Shown here in pieces: positions 9,930 through 18,371 of a stretch of 64,000 nucleotides of DNA. The stretch lies in the IMG/VR virus record IMGVR_UViG_3300042934_000547, positions 62,001 through 126,000 of that record. One strand, written 5' to 3'. Below the pieces are notes generated by a model. That model ran no database searches and had not been told where the DNA came from. It saw only the letters and a list, made by a program, of their open reading frames with translations. Position numbers and translations under genes: made by a program. Position 1 is the stretch's first letter, and every line of letters starts with the position of its first letter.

Positions 9930-10619
9930 TTATTGGAAACTAAAATCTATACAACCATCGATTTCATTGTATTTAATTCTAGCAGATTTTAGTTTTACTT
10001 CTCCAGATTGTGACTCTACGCTTCCTAAAGCAGAAACATCACCACTGTTTTTGACATCTAATAATTTTCTATATGTATCTGGAGCTCCAATACTTGTAGC
10101 CTCAAATGCAAACGATGATTCAACATCATCTACTATAGAAAACTTTTGTTTAAGTTCACCGTTATTTTGATGGATAGCACCAAAATCCCCAGTACCTAAT
10201 GTAATTATTTCACCAAGAGCAGTTGGTTTATAATCGATTTTCATAAATCCAGATGCATTTATTCCAGCTAATGTGTCAGCATCCAACCCACTACCTGCTC
10301 CATCATTACCACTATGCCATAATTTAAATTCAGTTCCATCCTTTTTCTGAATAAAGGCATCACCATCTGTTGCTCTTAAGAATGTATCTTTGGTTATATC
10401 CTCAGTATGTTTAAATAATAAACCATGTCCCATTACATCTGATTTAATTACCTCTATGCCATTAGCACCAATAATACTAGTACCATTTAATGACAGCCCT
10501 ACTTTGCTGAATGCAACACCAGCATTCGGAATTGTAATCATTATACCTTTGCCTGCTTTAATATATTCCTCGGCACGTATATCCCCATATATTATCACAT
10601 CATGTAGTGTATTATACAT
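9930..10619 (-). CDS. Tail fibre protein, 229 aa
   Basis: WHSGNDGAGSGLDADTLAG tail-fibre motif; C-terminus VKLKSARIKYNEIDGCIDFSFQ resembles the C-terminus of 3705..4892. Confidence 0.75.
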   Translation of the reverse strand: MYNTLHDVIIYGDIRAEEYIKAGKGIMITIPNAGVAFSKVGLSLNGTSIIGANGIEVIKSDVMGHGLLFKHTEDITKDTFLRATDGDAFIQKKDGTEFKLWHSGNDGAGSGLDADTLAGINASGFMKIDYKPTALGEIITLGTGDFGAIHQNNGELKQKFSIVDDVESSFAFEATSIGAPDTYRKLLDVKNSGDVSALGSVESQSGEVKLKSARIKYNEIDGCIDFSFQ

Positions 10620-10653
10620 TATTATTCTCCTTTCTTTGTGAAAGATTTTTAAT

Positions 10654-10665
10654 TATTAAAATGTT
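10654..10665 (-). promoter_or_regulatory. Late-type phage promoter (AACA-N6-TA) for the tail-fibre operon
   Basis: Minus strand AACATTTTAATA, ~35 nt upstream of the 10619 start; same motif precedes terminase and portal. Confidence 0.6.
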
Positions 10666-10684
10666 CAATAATACCGTCAAATCA

Positions 10685-11273
10685 CAAAAAATAAAGCACT
10701 GACGATTAAGCCAGTGCCCGGCTTCCAAATTATTTATATAATCCCGAGTATATCTTATAATTTGGATTCCTCTCCTAATGGTAACTCTCTACTCATTAGG
10801 ATAGTTTGTTACACACTGATTTCTCCCACTAAACCAGTGTCTATTAACCTGCTAAGTATAACAATTTATCATACACGTAAAAAGTATAATATTTACTATT
10901 TCGTTATATATGATATCTGATACACCAATGTATACCTAATCGATAATGTGACATTGATATACCAACTATTTATAAAGTTATATCATCTTTCTCCTAAAGT
11001 GATAGATAACTCTGTTCCGGTTTTGTTATACTCATGCAGTCTTATCTCATGTAAGTAAACCATGAAACAAAATTTTCCCCGAATCACAATTTCTAAATGC
11101 GTACCCCATACACATTCAGTAAATTCCCTAGCTTAATTTCACGTCGATTAGATATATTTCTTACGCTTCGACATTTAATTAAACCGTACACGTCCTCCCT
11201 TTTATGTATTTACTTTAGTTTCCCACACTAAAGTATCAGAATGACGATCAATATTACATTTATATCATCATTC
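10685..11273 (-). ncRNA. Putative ~590-nt highly structured non-coding RNA with G-rich (GGGA/GGAG) hairpin loops
   Basis: Bounded by an early promoter (11271-11296) and a terminator (10696-10717); no convincing long ORF on the transcribed strand; at least 12 hairpins, the first starting at the predicted +1. Confidence 0.65.
10696..10717 (-). terminator. Intrinsic terminator ending the putative ncRNA
   Basis: GCACTGGC-TTAATC-GTCAGTGC followed by TTTATTTTTT on the minus strand. Confidence 0.8.
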
Positions 11274-11296
11274 AAATCTATAATATATATTTGAAA
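11271..11296 (-). promoter_or_regulatory. Early-type phage promoter (26-bp element)
   Basis: Minus strand TTTCAAATATATATTATA-GATT-TGAA; one of 12 copies. Confidence 0.75.
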
Positions 11297-11313
11297 TATT
11301 TCAATTTTACACT

Positions 11314-11343
11314 AAAAAAGAAGAGTAGAAATTAATCTACTCT
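11314..11343 (-). terminator. Intrinsic terminator after the helicase operon
   Basis: AGAGTAGA-TTAATT-TCTACTCT followed by TCTTTTTT. Confidence 0.8.
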
Positions 11344-11348
11344 CGATA

Positions 11349-11474
11349 TTATTTTTCTTTGTTTATATTAAATATATCCTCATCATTAACGATAAGATTT
11401 ATAACATTCCCGTCAACTCTGGTAACAATTATTTTATCATGACCATCCATATGAATATCCATAGATACACTCAT
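11349..11474 (-). CDS. Small hypothetical protein, 41 aa (MSVSMDIHMDGHDKIIVTRVDGNVINLIVNDEDIFNINKEK)
   Basis: Hand-translated; TAATG overlap with the helicase stop, AGGAG upstream. Confidence 0.55.
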   Translation of the reverse strand: MSVSMDIHMDGHDKIIVTRVDGNVINLIVNDEDIFNINKEK

Positions 11475-13033
11475 TATTTATTTCTCCTTATTGGTATTAT
11501 TCGCCTATCGATTCCCTTTGGCAACATAGGTAATTCACCAATCAATAAATTATTAGATTTTTTAAGAGCTTCTTGACCTTTAAAATACACATCATCATCA
11601 TTAAGTCTGAATTCAGTACAAGATTTAGCCAATCTTGTGTATATAGGCTTTCTATATCTATAATAATCATTGATTGCTTTAAATCCTAAATCAATTAAAT
11701 CGTAATATTCAGTATCCATTCCTCTAGTACGACCAAAGGATTGTTCTGCTAATATTTTTGATTTAAATGGTTCAGCAATATTATTTACAGATTGTAAGTC
11801 CTTAACGTCACTTGCTGTACCTAAAGACTTTGTTGTAGATAATATAATTCTTTTATCAAGTTGCTCCAATTTTATTCCTTTTGGAGTATATGTAGTGTAA
11901 ATGCCTAGCTGGTCTTCTATTAATGGGAATGTGTTAATCAAGTAGTCGTACACTACCAGTATAGCGGCATTTGTGGCTATATAAAATATGTTCTTCTTAC
12001 CATTATGGAGTGCTTTATATAGTAATATATTTAGCATATTATAAAAAGAAGGTTCTTTTACGATATACATAGAGTAAGCGTTTTTATCAAACCCATATAC
12101 ATTCTTACATCTTGATATAACAGTCGGTGTTGGTCTTGAATTATATATCAAAGCTTTATAATGAGTATGTGGATCATTTTCTTCATCGTAAAGTGATATA
12201 GACGGAACATTCTTAAAATATAACTGAAATATCTTATTTGCTCTATCATCAGACTTACCCGGAGTTGCTGTTACATAAAATGTCTTATATGTATTAGTAT
12301 AGAAATCAATCTTACATACGTTATCAAAGTTAAGATGTGCTTCATCATATACTTTAATACCAATTTTCATATATCGGAATAATTCAGTTATTTTATCCCA
12401 TCCTCTGGTATCTCCATATGATTTAATAGTATCATGTGATGCTATAATATACTTTATATCACTGATATCTTTTCTATGAAATAATCTGTCGATACTACCA
12501 GCACCTTGGATAAAATAAACGCCTTGTGGTCTGGTATCAGTATAATCATAAACGCATTTCTTCCACTGTGTCATCCAGTCATTATAAGACATAATGATTA
12601 TACTTCTAAGCTGTAATTTAGCTATAGAAGTGATTGTACAATATGTCTTACCTTTACCTGTTTTTAAATTGATTGATAACTGCGATTTACGTTGATTATT
12701 AGGATATTTGCCCTCACCACACATGAAATCAATCGTTTCTAGTTGAACGTCATTACGTGGTTTATACCTAACCTTAATCTGGTCTACTTTATCCTTTGGA
12801 TCACCATTATAAACAACGTTAGCATTGGTATTGAATAACCTTTCTAGATAGAGAATATCAATACCCCTTGGAATAATAAGTCGTTTTTCTTTTTCAATAT
12901 ATTCCATACACATCTCGATGTGTTTATGAGTTAACGGGTCCCATAATTTAAAGTTATATTCTAGCTGTTTACAATCGCCAAGATTGTAATCATTAATAAC
13001 AATTTTGGTACTATAAACATCAATTTTAGCCAT
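11474..13033 (-). CDS. SF2 (DExH, UvsW-like) helicase, 519 aa
   Basis: Walker A LKTGKGKT, Walker B VYDEAH, motif III TATP, motif VI EQSFGRTRG. Confidence 0.85.
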   Translation of the reverse strand: MAKIDVYSTKIVINDYNLGDCKQLEYNFKLWDPLTHKHIEMCMEYIEKEKRLIIPRGIDILYLERLFNTNANVVYNGDPKDKVDQIKVRYKPRNDVQLETIDFMCGEGKYPNNQRKSQLSINLKTGKGKTYCTITSIAKLQLRSIIIMSYNDWMTQWKKCVYDYTDTRPQGVYFIQGAGSIDRLFHRKDISDIKYIIASHDTIKSYGDTRGWDKITELFRYMKIGIKVYDEAHLNFDNVCKIDFYTNTYKTFYVTATPGKSDDRANKIFQLYFKNVPSISLYDEENDPHTHYKALIYNSRPTPTVISRCKNVYGFDKNAYSMYIVKEPSFYNMLNILLYKALHNGKKNIFYIATNAAILVVYDYLINTFPLIEDQLGIYTTYTPKGIKLEQLDKRIILSTTKSLGTASDVKDLQSVNNIAEPFKSKILAEQSFGRTRGMDTEYYDLIDLGFKAINDYYRYRKPIYTRLAKSCTEFRLNDDDVYFKGQEALKKSNNLLIGELPMLPKGIDRRIIPIRRNK

Positions 13034-13034
13034 A

Positions 13035-13289
13035 CTATACCTCTTTACGTTTCTTTTTTAATAATTTTTTATAGGTCTCTTTAGTTTCATAGATTACACC
13101 ATATACACATAAACCAATTATATATATAATAACAAGGACTACACTGATTTTTGGATATTTGAAGAATAAAATAATAATAAATATAATCGCAACCATTTTA
13201 ACCAATGCTATCATAAAAGCCTGTACCATCAGCCAATTTATTCTTTTAAATTTTGTCATAAATATCCTCCTCCAATACTTTAATTTCAC
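13035..13289 (-). CDS. Small two-TM membrane protein
   Basis: Two hydrophobic segments with a basic C-terminal tail; probable start at MTKFKR. Confidence 0.55.
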   Translation of the reverse strand: MKLKYWRRIFMTKFKRINWLMVQAFMIALVKMVAIIFIIILFFKYPKISVVLVIIYIIGLCVYGVIYETKETYKKLLKKKRKEV

Positions 13290-13307
13290 TTATGTGATAT
13301 AACCTTT

Positions 13308-14084
13308 CTAGAACCCGAATATCTCCTGTCCCCTTTTAATACTTATATTCGTATTCTTAAATTTTTCCTTGAGCTCATCCAATTCAATATCCATGTTATT
13401 TGGATTATAAATCACGATTGTCGTGTAATCATGTTCCTTAAATTTATCAGTGATTACAAGTCTTTTACTTTTCATATCTAGTTCAAATCCAACACCATTT
13501 TTGGTTATTGCTCTTATTTGAGTCATCATACCATATAAAAATTCTATATTTGTAGAACCAAGATGACCGTATATATAAACCTTTTCACCTAAATGAAGTG
13601 TTTCATGTCTTGTTCTATTCCAATAATTCTTCATTTTGTATTCTTTCTTATCAGTTAATTCTTCAACCAAGAAAGGATATTGGCTCATATCAAAAGCATT
13701 AGCTTCTTCCATAGTATCAAACTCAATCTCAGCATAATACCATTTATTATCAACATGAGCACATATTATTTTATCACCAGAAGGTAATATATATGCACGA
13801 CACGTCTTTTTAATGAATGGAGCCTTAATCAATGATTTAATTCCCTTATAAAAGTCCTCTGAAATCTCGTCTTCTATTTCATCCCTAATTATAGTACCAG
13901 AGGATTTAATAGTCAGTTTGTATGTAAGTTCACCATTAACTGTAAGTTTTTGCTGAATTCTTTCTTCAATATCTCCTGTAAAAAGATATCCTTGCTCCCC
14001 GAAAGATTGACTAATCGGTTCAAACCCAAATTCTTCTAAAAATCCGTTAATTAAAAACTTTCTCTCAATTTCTTTATTTTTCAT
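13308..14084 (-). CDS. CYTH-superfamily triphosphate tunnel metalloenzyme with C-terminal extension, 258 aa
   Basis: EIERKFLI N-terminal motif, EQGYL, LTIKSSGTIIRDEIE, YAEIEFDT. Confidence 0.8.
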   Translation of the reverse strand: MKNKEIERKFLINGFLEEFGFEPISQSFGEQGYLFTGDIEERIQQKLTVNGELTYKLTIKSSGTIIRDEIEDEISEDFYKGIKSLIKAPFIKKTCRAYILPSGDKIICAHVDNKWYYAEIEFDTMEEANAFDMSQYPFLVEELTDKKEYKMKNYWNRTRHETLHLGEKVYIYGHLGSTNIEFLYGMMTQIRAITKNGVGFELDMKSKRLVITDKFKEHDYTTIVIYNPNNMDIELDELKEKFKNTNISIKRGQEIFGF

Positions 14085-14306
14085 TTACTCATCCCTCTTC
14101 CTAAATTCAAATTTTATGTCTGCATTATTATTCGCATAATCTATAAATAATCCAATTAATCCACTTATGACATTACCATCAACTGAAACAGTCATACCAT
14201 CAGGTATTCTATCAACTGCTTGTTTAATATATTCAGCCCCAAAGTTTTTTTGCATTGGTATTACAGGTCTTTCCGGAACTTCAAATTGATCATATTTATT
14301 TTTCAT
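14085..14306 (-). CDS. Hypothetical protein, 73 aa
   Basis: ORF with RBS GAGGAGG, operon-packed. Confidence 0.6.
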   Translation of the reverse strand: MKNKYDQFEVPERPVIPMQKNFGAEYIKQAVDRIPDGMTVSVDGNVISGLIGLFIDYANNNADIKFEFRKRDE

Positions 14307-14339
14307 ACTTCCTCCTCGTTATACAAAAAATAAGGTTGT

Positions 14340-14963
14340 TTAAACAACCTTACATACTTCGTCATCTCTATCATCTAAATATTTAAATGTGTTGAGTAAC
14401 TCATTATCACTTAATTTAGGTAACATGTTATACATACCCATAACAATACGATATGCATTAGTTTTTTCATATTCTAATTTGGCTTCTAAGTCAAAAACTC
14501 TATCAAAATCTCTACCAAATAAATTATCTCTTATTTCTTCCTCTAGTTCACCAATTGTATCATTAGTAAATACTGCACTGTATAATGATATCAGAAACTC
14601 ACTGAGTAAGTATTCGTTCTTGTTAAACATCAAAAATATCATTTCTAAGAACTTGTTATTTTTAAGTTCATACGATAATAAAATATCCAATTTTTCCAAT
14701 AGGAATGTGGAATCTATCATCTTGATATTATTCTCCTGTGCAATCTTGCGGATTCTAATCTCATCATCCAATATAACGTTTTCTGACTTAAATACCACAA
14801 CTAACTCTGATTTAAGTACATACAAATCGTCTGATATAATTAGATTACCATACACAGTTCTTGTTGCTGAAGGTTTATATCCTAAACTTTTTAATTTTTC
14901 TATAACCTTCTCATATTCTTTTTCACGACCCTTAATATTTCCGATCAAATTTGCTTCTCTCAT
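14340..14963 (-). CDS. Hypothetical protein (probable start MREANL)
   Basis: ATG at 14963 has RBS GGGAGG; lies downstream of the early promoter at 15098-15123. Confidence 0.65.
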   Translation of the reverse strand: MREANLIGNIKGREKEYEKVIEKLKSLGYKPSATRTVYGNLIISDDLYVLKSELVVVFKSENVILDDEIRIRKIAQENNIKMIDSTFLLEKLDILLSYELKNNKFLEMIFLMFNKNEYLLSEFLISLYSAVFTNDTIGELEEEIRDNLFGRDFDRVFDLEAKLEYEKTNAYRIVMGMYNMLPKLSDNELLNTFKYLDDRDDEVCKVV

Positions 14964-15097
14964 AATATATATTTCCTCCCATATGTAATCAATAAAAAAT
15001 ATAATGACATAACAAACAAATGTTATGTCATTATTCTTTTTTGTCACCATCCCTTCTATATATCATTTCAAGAATTCTAATGGTAAACAATATTGGC

Positions 15098-15123
15098 TTC
15101 ACATATATTATATATATTTGAAA
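15098..15123 (-). promoter_or_regulatory. Early-type phage promoter
   Basis: TTTCAAATATATATAATA-TATG-TGAA, one mismatch to consensus. Confidence 0.65.
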
Positions 15124-15129
15124 TACATA

Positions 15130-15630
15130 TTACTTTAAAATGTTATCATCGAAAATCGAATCCACCTTAGGTACGCCACGAATATCTGCTGATAAATTAT
15201 GAAGTCCACAGATAATCATTTGACGAATTCGTCCTCTTATACATTCAAGAATTTTTCCTAAACGATTATCACCAACTCCATTGCATGTACCCCAATAAAT
15301 ATCATTATGAAAATTTTCTTCAATAATATCATCAAGTCCAGTAGATAACAATACTTTTGCAAACCTTTGATTTTGAGTAAACTTAATCAAACAGATTTCA
15401 TACATTATAGAATCTTTAATAGCATCCCAATTTTTTATCTTTTTAACTTTATATCCTAAGCGTTTAGCTTCAACTGGATCTGTAAGTTCAGTGAATTGAA
15501 GTTTATCTTCTTCGTTAGCACACTTCTGAGCTTGATAGGCTGCTTCTGCGTTATGAAAAGTTAAACCCTTATAAGTGATTTCGCACGGGTGCATATTTGA
15601 AAAACATGAATATTTCCCTCTAAATCTCAT
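15130..15630 (-). CDS. NADAR family protein (YbiA-like ADP-ribosyl/N-glycosidase), 166 aa
   Basis: FSNMHPCEITYKGLTFHNAEAAYQAQK...AKRLG...WDAIK...KFTQN...LLSTG...IIEE...DIYWG...GDNRLGKILE, the classic NADAR pattern. Confidence 0.9.
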   Translation of the reverse strand: MRFRGKYSCFSNMHPCEITYKGLTFHNAEAAYQAQKCANEEDKLQFTELTDPVEAKRLGYKVKKIKNWDAIKDSIMYEICLIKFTQNQRFAKVLLSTGLDDIIEENFHNDIYWGTCNGVGDNRLGKILECIRGRIRQMIICGLHNLSADIRGVPKVDSIFDDNILK

Positions 15631-16237
15631 TACCGTTCACATCCTTTATGTTTCTTATTATTGGTGGTTCTCCATTTTGCATCCAAATATATTGACTACC
15701 TGTTCTGGATACGCATGAAAATGTCCTAGTCAAATTGATAATCAGTTCCTGATAATATTTTTTATCCACTGATTTATCAAAAAACTCGGCTTCAAATGTA
15801 GCAGCATCAATTTCAGCTTCTTCATCATTCATATCACAACAATTTATATGTTGCCATACATGTCTTATTTCATGTGCCAAGCCGGTAATAAAGTTATAAA
15901 AGAATAATGGAGACCACACAGAATATTTTCTATCATATCGCTCCAAAAATCCTGATATATTTACATTTATATCATATATTATATCATAATGCATAAAGTG
16001 ATCAAACTCGTTATACTGAATTATTGAGCTTATACATTTCCAATTCCACATTGGTGTTCCATTATTTAATATCGTATCACTATATAAATGATCTTTGATA
16101 TTAGTGATAGATATCAACCCATAACAATCTAATCCAAGACGTTCCATAATCTTTGGATAGAATATATAAATTAGTCGTTGACACATTTCTTTGTGATAGT
16201 ATTTATCATCTGGTGTATTCCATTTATATCTAAGCAT
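15620..16237 (-). CDS. Putative HExxH zincin metalloprotease, 205 aa
   Basis: GLAHEIRHVWQ followed by EAEIDA. Confidence 0.6.
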   Translation of the reverse strand: MLRYKWNTPDDKYYHKEMCQRLIYIFYPKIMERLGLDCYGLISITNIKDHLYSDTILNNGTPMWNWKCISSIIQYNEFDHFMHYDIIYDINVNISGFLERYDRKYSVWSPLFFYNFITGLAHEIRHVWQHINCCDMNDEEAEIDAATFEAEFFDKSVDKKYYQELIINLTRTFSCVSRTGSQYIWMQNGEPPIIRNIKDVNGNEI

Positions 16238-16784
16238 ACGTCAATCTCTCCTCGGTCCATTTACCTAAATTCTTCATCAACTGATTTAAATCAGTATAAC
16301 AGCCTATATCAAATATAAGTATACCATAGGCTTTAGCTATTCTAAGTGCTTGACCTGTACCACCTTGACCTTTACCGTCTTTTGTATAACAAATAACAAA
16401 ATTTGATGGTCTATCTAAGTTCATACCTAATACCTGATGGACATTTCTAGCATGAAGTTTTCTAGCTCCTTGGGTTAATTTATTCCATGCTGGGTGATAC
16501 TTCTTAGCAATATCAAATGCTTCCTTTTTAGATACAATCAATTTTGATTGGGATTCATTAAATCCTTTCCATGGTAAATATATTTCTTTTTCACCATTAC
16601 CAGCATCACAGCCAAATTCAAAATTTAAATCAGAACCATCAGCACCACCCGACCGTAATACACAACCTTTCATAGCTAAGTCCGTGGCAATATATCTAAC
16701 TATTTCTTTATAAACATCAGGGATTTCCCTTGAACCAATCCCAGTGTAATAAATTTTATCATTCATCAGATTCACTTCCTTCAA
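16230..16784 (-). CDS. SLOG-superfamily (DprA/YspA-like) nucleotide-binding protein, 184 aa
   Basis: YYTGIGSRE, LRSGGADGSD, ARNVHQVLG, GGTGQALRIA. Confidence 0.75.
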   Translation of the reverse strand: MKEVNLMNDKIYYTGIGSREIPDVYKEIVRYIATDLAMKGCVLRSGGADGSDLNFEFGCDAGNGEKEIYLPWKGFNESQSKLIVSKKEAFDIAKKYHPAWNKLTQGARKLHARNVHQVLGMNLDRPSNFVICYTKDGKGQGGTGQALRIAKAYGILIFDIGCYTDLNQLMKNLGKWTEERLTYA

Positions 16785-17037
16785 TTGTAAATCTAGTTAT
16801 GGTTTCAATTGGGAAATGAATTGTTTCTCCACCCGGAAGACGTGATAATTCATGCTTCAAAGATTTAGTCTCTATTCCGGAATTTTCTTTATTGCGATTT
16901 GCATGATATAATAACATTTGGTCAGTGCTACTATAATATGCTTTATTTTCACCACTCTTAATTATAACATTCGCACCACCTGTTAAATTTATTGATGCAA
17001 GTCTAGTATAATATTTGTCGATTAATTTTCCTTTCAT
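16759..17037 (-). CDS. Hypothetical protein (probable start MKGKLI)
   Basis: RBS GAGGT before ATG at 17037. Confidence 0.55.
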   Translation of the reverse strand: MKGKLIDKYYTRLASINLTGGANVIIKSGENKAYYSSTDQMLLYHANRNKENSGIETKSLKHELSRLPGGETIHFPIETITRFTIEGSESDE

Positions 17038-17042
17038 ATTAT

Positions 17043-17444
17043 CTACCTCAATTCTTGGACATCTAGTCCACAATTATTTAATTCATCTCTTACAATGAAT
17101 CTATGACAATATTCCTTTTCAAATTGATATGTTTCTGGTGATTCATGACATAGTAACACTACATCCTTATCTTTTGCTAAATCGCATAGTTTTTTACATA
17201 ACGCTGATTTATTTATATGATTAAGTCTTTGAGATTTATATTGATTTCTATATTCCTCCCAAGCCTTACTATCCTTATTAGACTTTTTCCATTCATTAAT
17301 TATACTCCAATAAGGAAATAATTCTCGAATGAATATATCTGGAGTAAACCAGTCTGGCTTACCAGATGATATTTGGATAAATACATATCTATCCTTGTCT
17401 AAATTCTTCACTTTATTATAATAACTAGTATAAATTTTACCCAT
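17043..17444 (-). CDS. DUF488-like protein (probable start MGKIYTSYY)
   Basis: KIYTSYY...ISSGKP...VVLLCHE...CHRFIV pattern typical of DUF488-like phage proteins; RBS GAGGAG. Confidence 0.6.
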   Translation of the reverse strand: MGKIYTSYYNKVKNLDKDRYVFIQISSGKPDWFTPDIFIRELFPYWSIINEWKKSNKDSKAWEEYRNQYKSQRLNHINKSALCKKLCDLAKDKDVVLLCHESPETYQFEKEYCHRFIVRDELNNCGLDVQELR

Positions 17445-17916
17445 TATCTTTCTCCTCGTATTGAGTAAATTTTGAAAAATCAAATGTTGCTCTTAATGAA
17501 CGTTCTTCTATCAAGAATCCACGGGAATAACATCTCATTTTTTGAGCCTCATCTAACTTATAACGATATACAATTATATCTTGTTTTTCTGAGAGTTTAC
17601 TTAACTTATTCATCAAATGTTCTTTATTAATAAAGTATTCAGGTAACCTTTCCTCTTCAACGGTTATCTCATTCCATAAACGATTTTCGCCACATATTAA
17701 TTCCCAATCTGGAAATAAATCAGATATATTTCTTATCTGACGTACATTAGTAGTTTCATTTATATAATAGAATTTACCTTTTGGTAATCTTTTCTCATAA
17801 TCTCGAAACGTTCTAAACACTTCTGAAATCATATTTACTTTGTCTAGTGGCGATAGTATATCTAATATATACTGTAATTCTCCATTTAATAATATTTGTG
17901 ATTCTCTTTCATTCAT
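17437..17916 (-). CDS. Hypothetical protein, 159 aa
   Basis: ORF with RBS, operon-packed. Confidence 0.6.
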   Translation of the reverse strand: MNERESQILLNGELQYILDILSPLDKVNMISEVFRTFRDYEKRLPKGKFYYINETTNVRQIRNISDLFPDWELICGENRLWNEITVEEERLPEYFINKEHLMNKLSKLSEKQDIIVYRYKLDEAQKMRCYSRGFLIEERSLRATFDFSKFTQYEEKDNG

Positions 17917-17934
17917 TCTATTATCCCCCTATAA

Positions 17935-18123
17935 CTAACTTATCAATCTAATATTGGTTGTGAATGGTAACTGATCTTCTCTTACAGTAATAATACTACC
18001 ATCTTGTCTTCTAATTGAAACTAGTGCTTTAGGTAGATATATCGGTTTTGGTATCCATCCACCTTGACATACTGTTATAATCATCGTTTCGTAATATTTT
18101 ACTTCAGTATATTTACCGTTCAT
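17935..18123 (-). CDS. Hypothetical protein, 62 aa
   Basis: ORF with RBS GGAG. Confidence 0.5.
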   Translation of the reverse strand: MNGKYTEVKYYETMIITVCQGGWIPKPIYLPKALVSIRRQDGSIITVREDQLPFTTNIRLIS

Positions 18124-18125
18124 CT

Positions 18126-18329
18126 CTATTTCATCTCCATTACGTCTTTATAAATCTTATTTAATGAAGCTTCTCTACGAGTTTTTGGTCTTAGAGTATA
18201 TTCTGACATAAATCCAAGCATGTCATCTCCATCTACTGTTACTATTTTTCCATTAGCATGGATGATTACTTTCTCACTCAAATCATCATTATATTGTATT
18301 CTGCAATTTTTTCCTTCGAATGTTTGCAT
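18126..18329 (-). CDS. Hypothetical protein, 67 aa
   Basis: ORF with RBS GGAGG. Confidence 0.55.
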   Translation of the reverse strand: MQTFEGKNCRIQYNDDLSEKVIIHANGKIVTVDGDDMLGFMSEYTLRPKTRREASLNKIYKDVMEMK

Positions 18330-18371
18330 TTCATTACCTCCATATAAAATAAATAAAAAACTGGGAAGAAT

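Noticed and set aside
10714-11190. Short ORFs in the 10.7-11.3 kb gap (68-aa plus-strand ORF; minus-strand 32-aa GTG ORF after GGGAGG; 26-aa ORF; AGGAG-AAAG-ATG-ATA-TAA minigene resembling lambda bar)
   Set aside because: The plus-strand ORF is antisense to the promoter-terminator unit and has no RBS. The others are very short, sit inside stable helices or have poor SD spacing. An RNA explanation fits better, though translation of the 32-aa ORF is not excluded.
14389-14988. Long antisense ORFs from the track (e.g. 14389..14988, 48587..49021, 49904..50449, 57060..57533)
   Set aside because: Shadow frames opposite clear genes; Ser/Leu/Ile-rich composition typical of reverse-complemented AT-rich coding DNA; no RBS.
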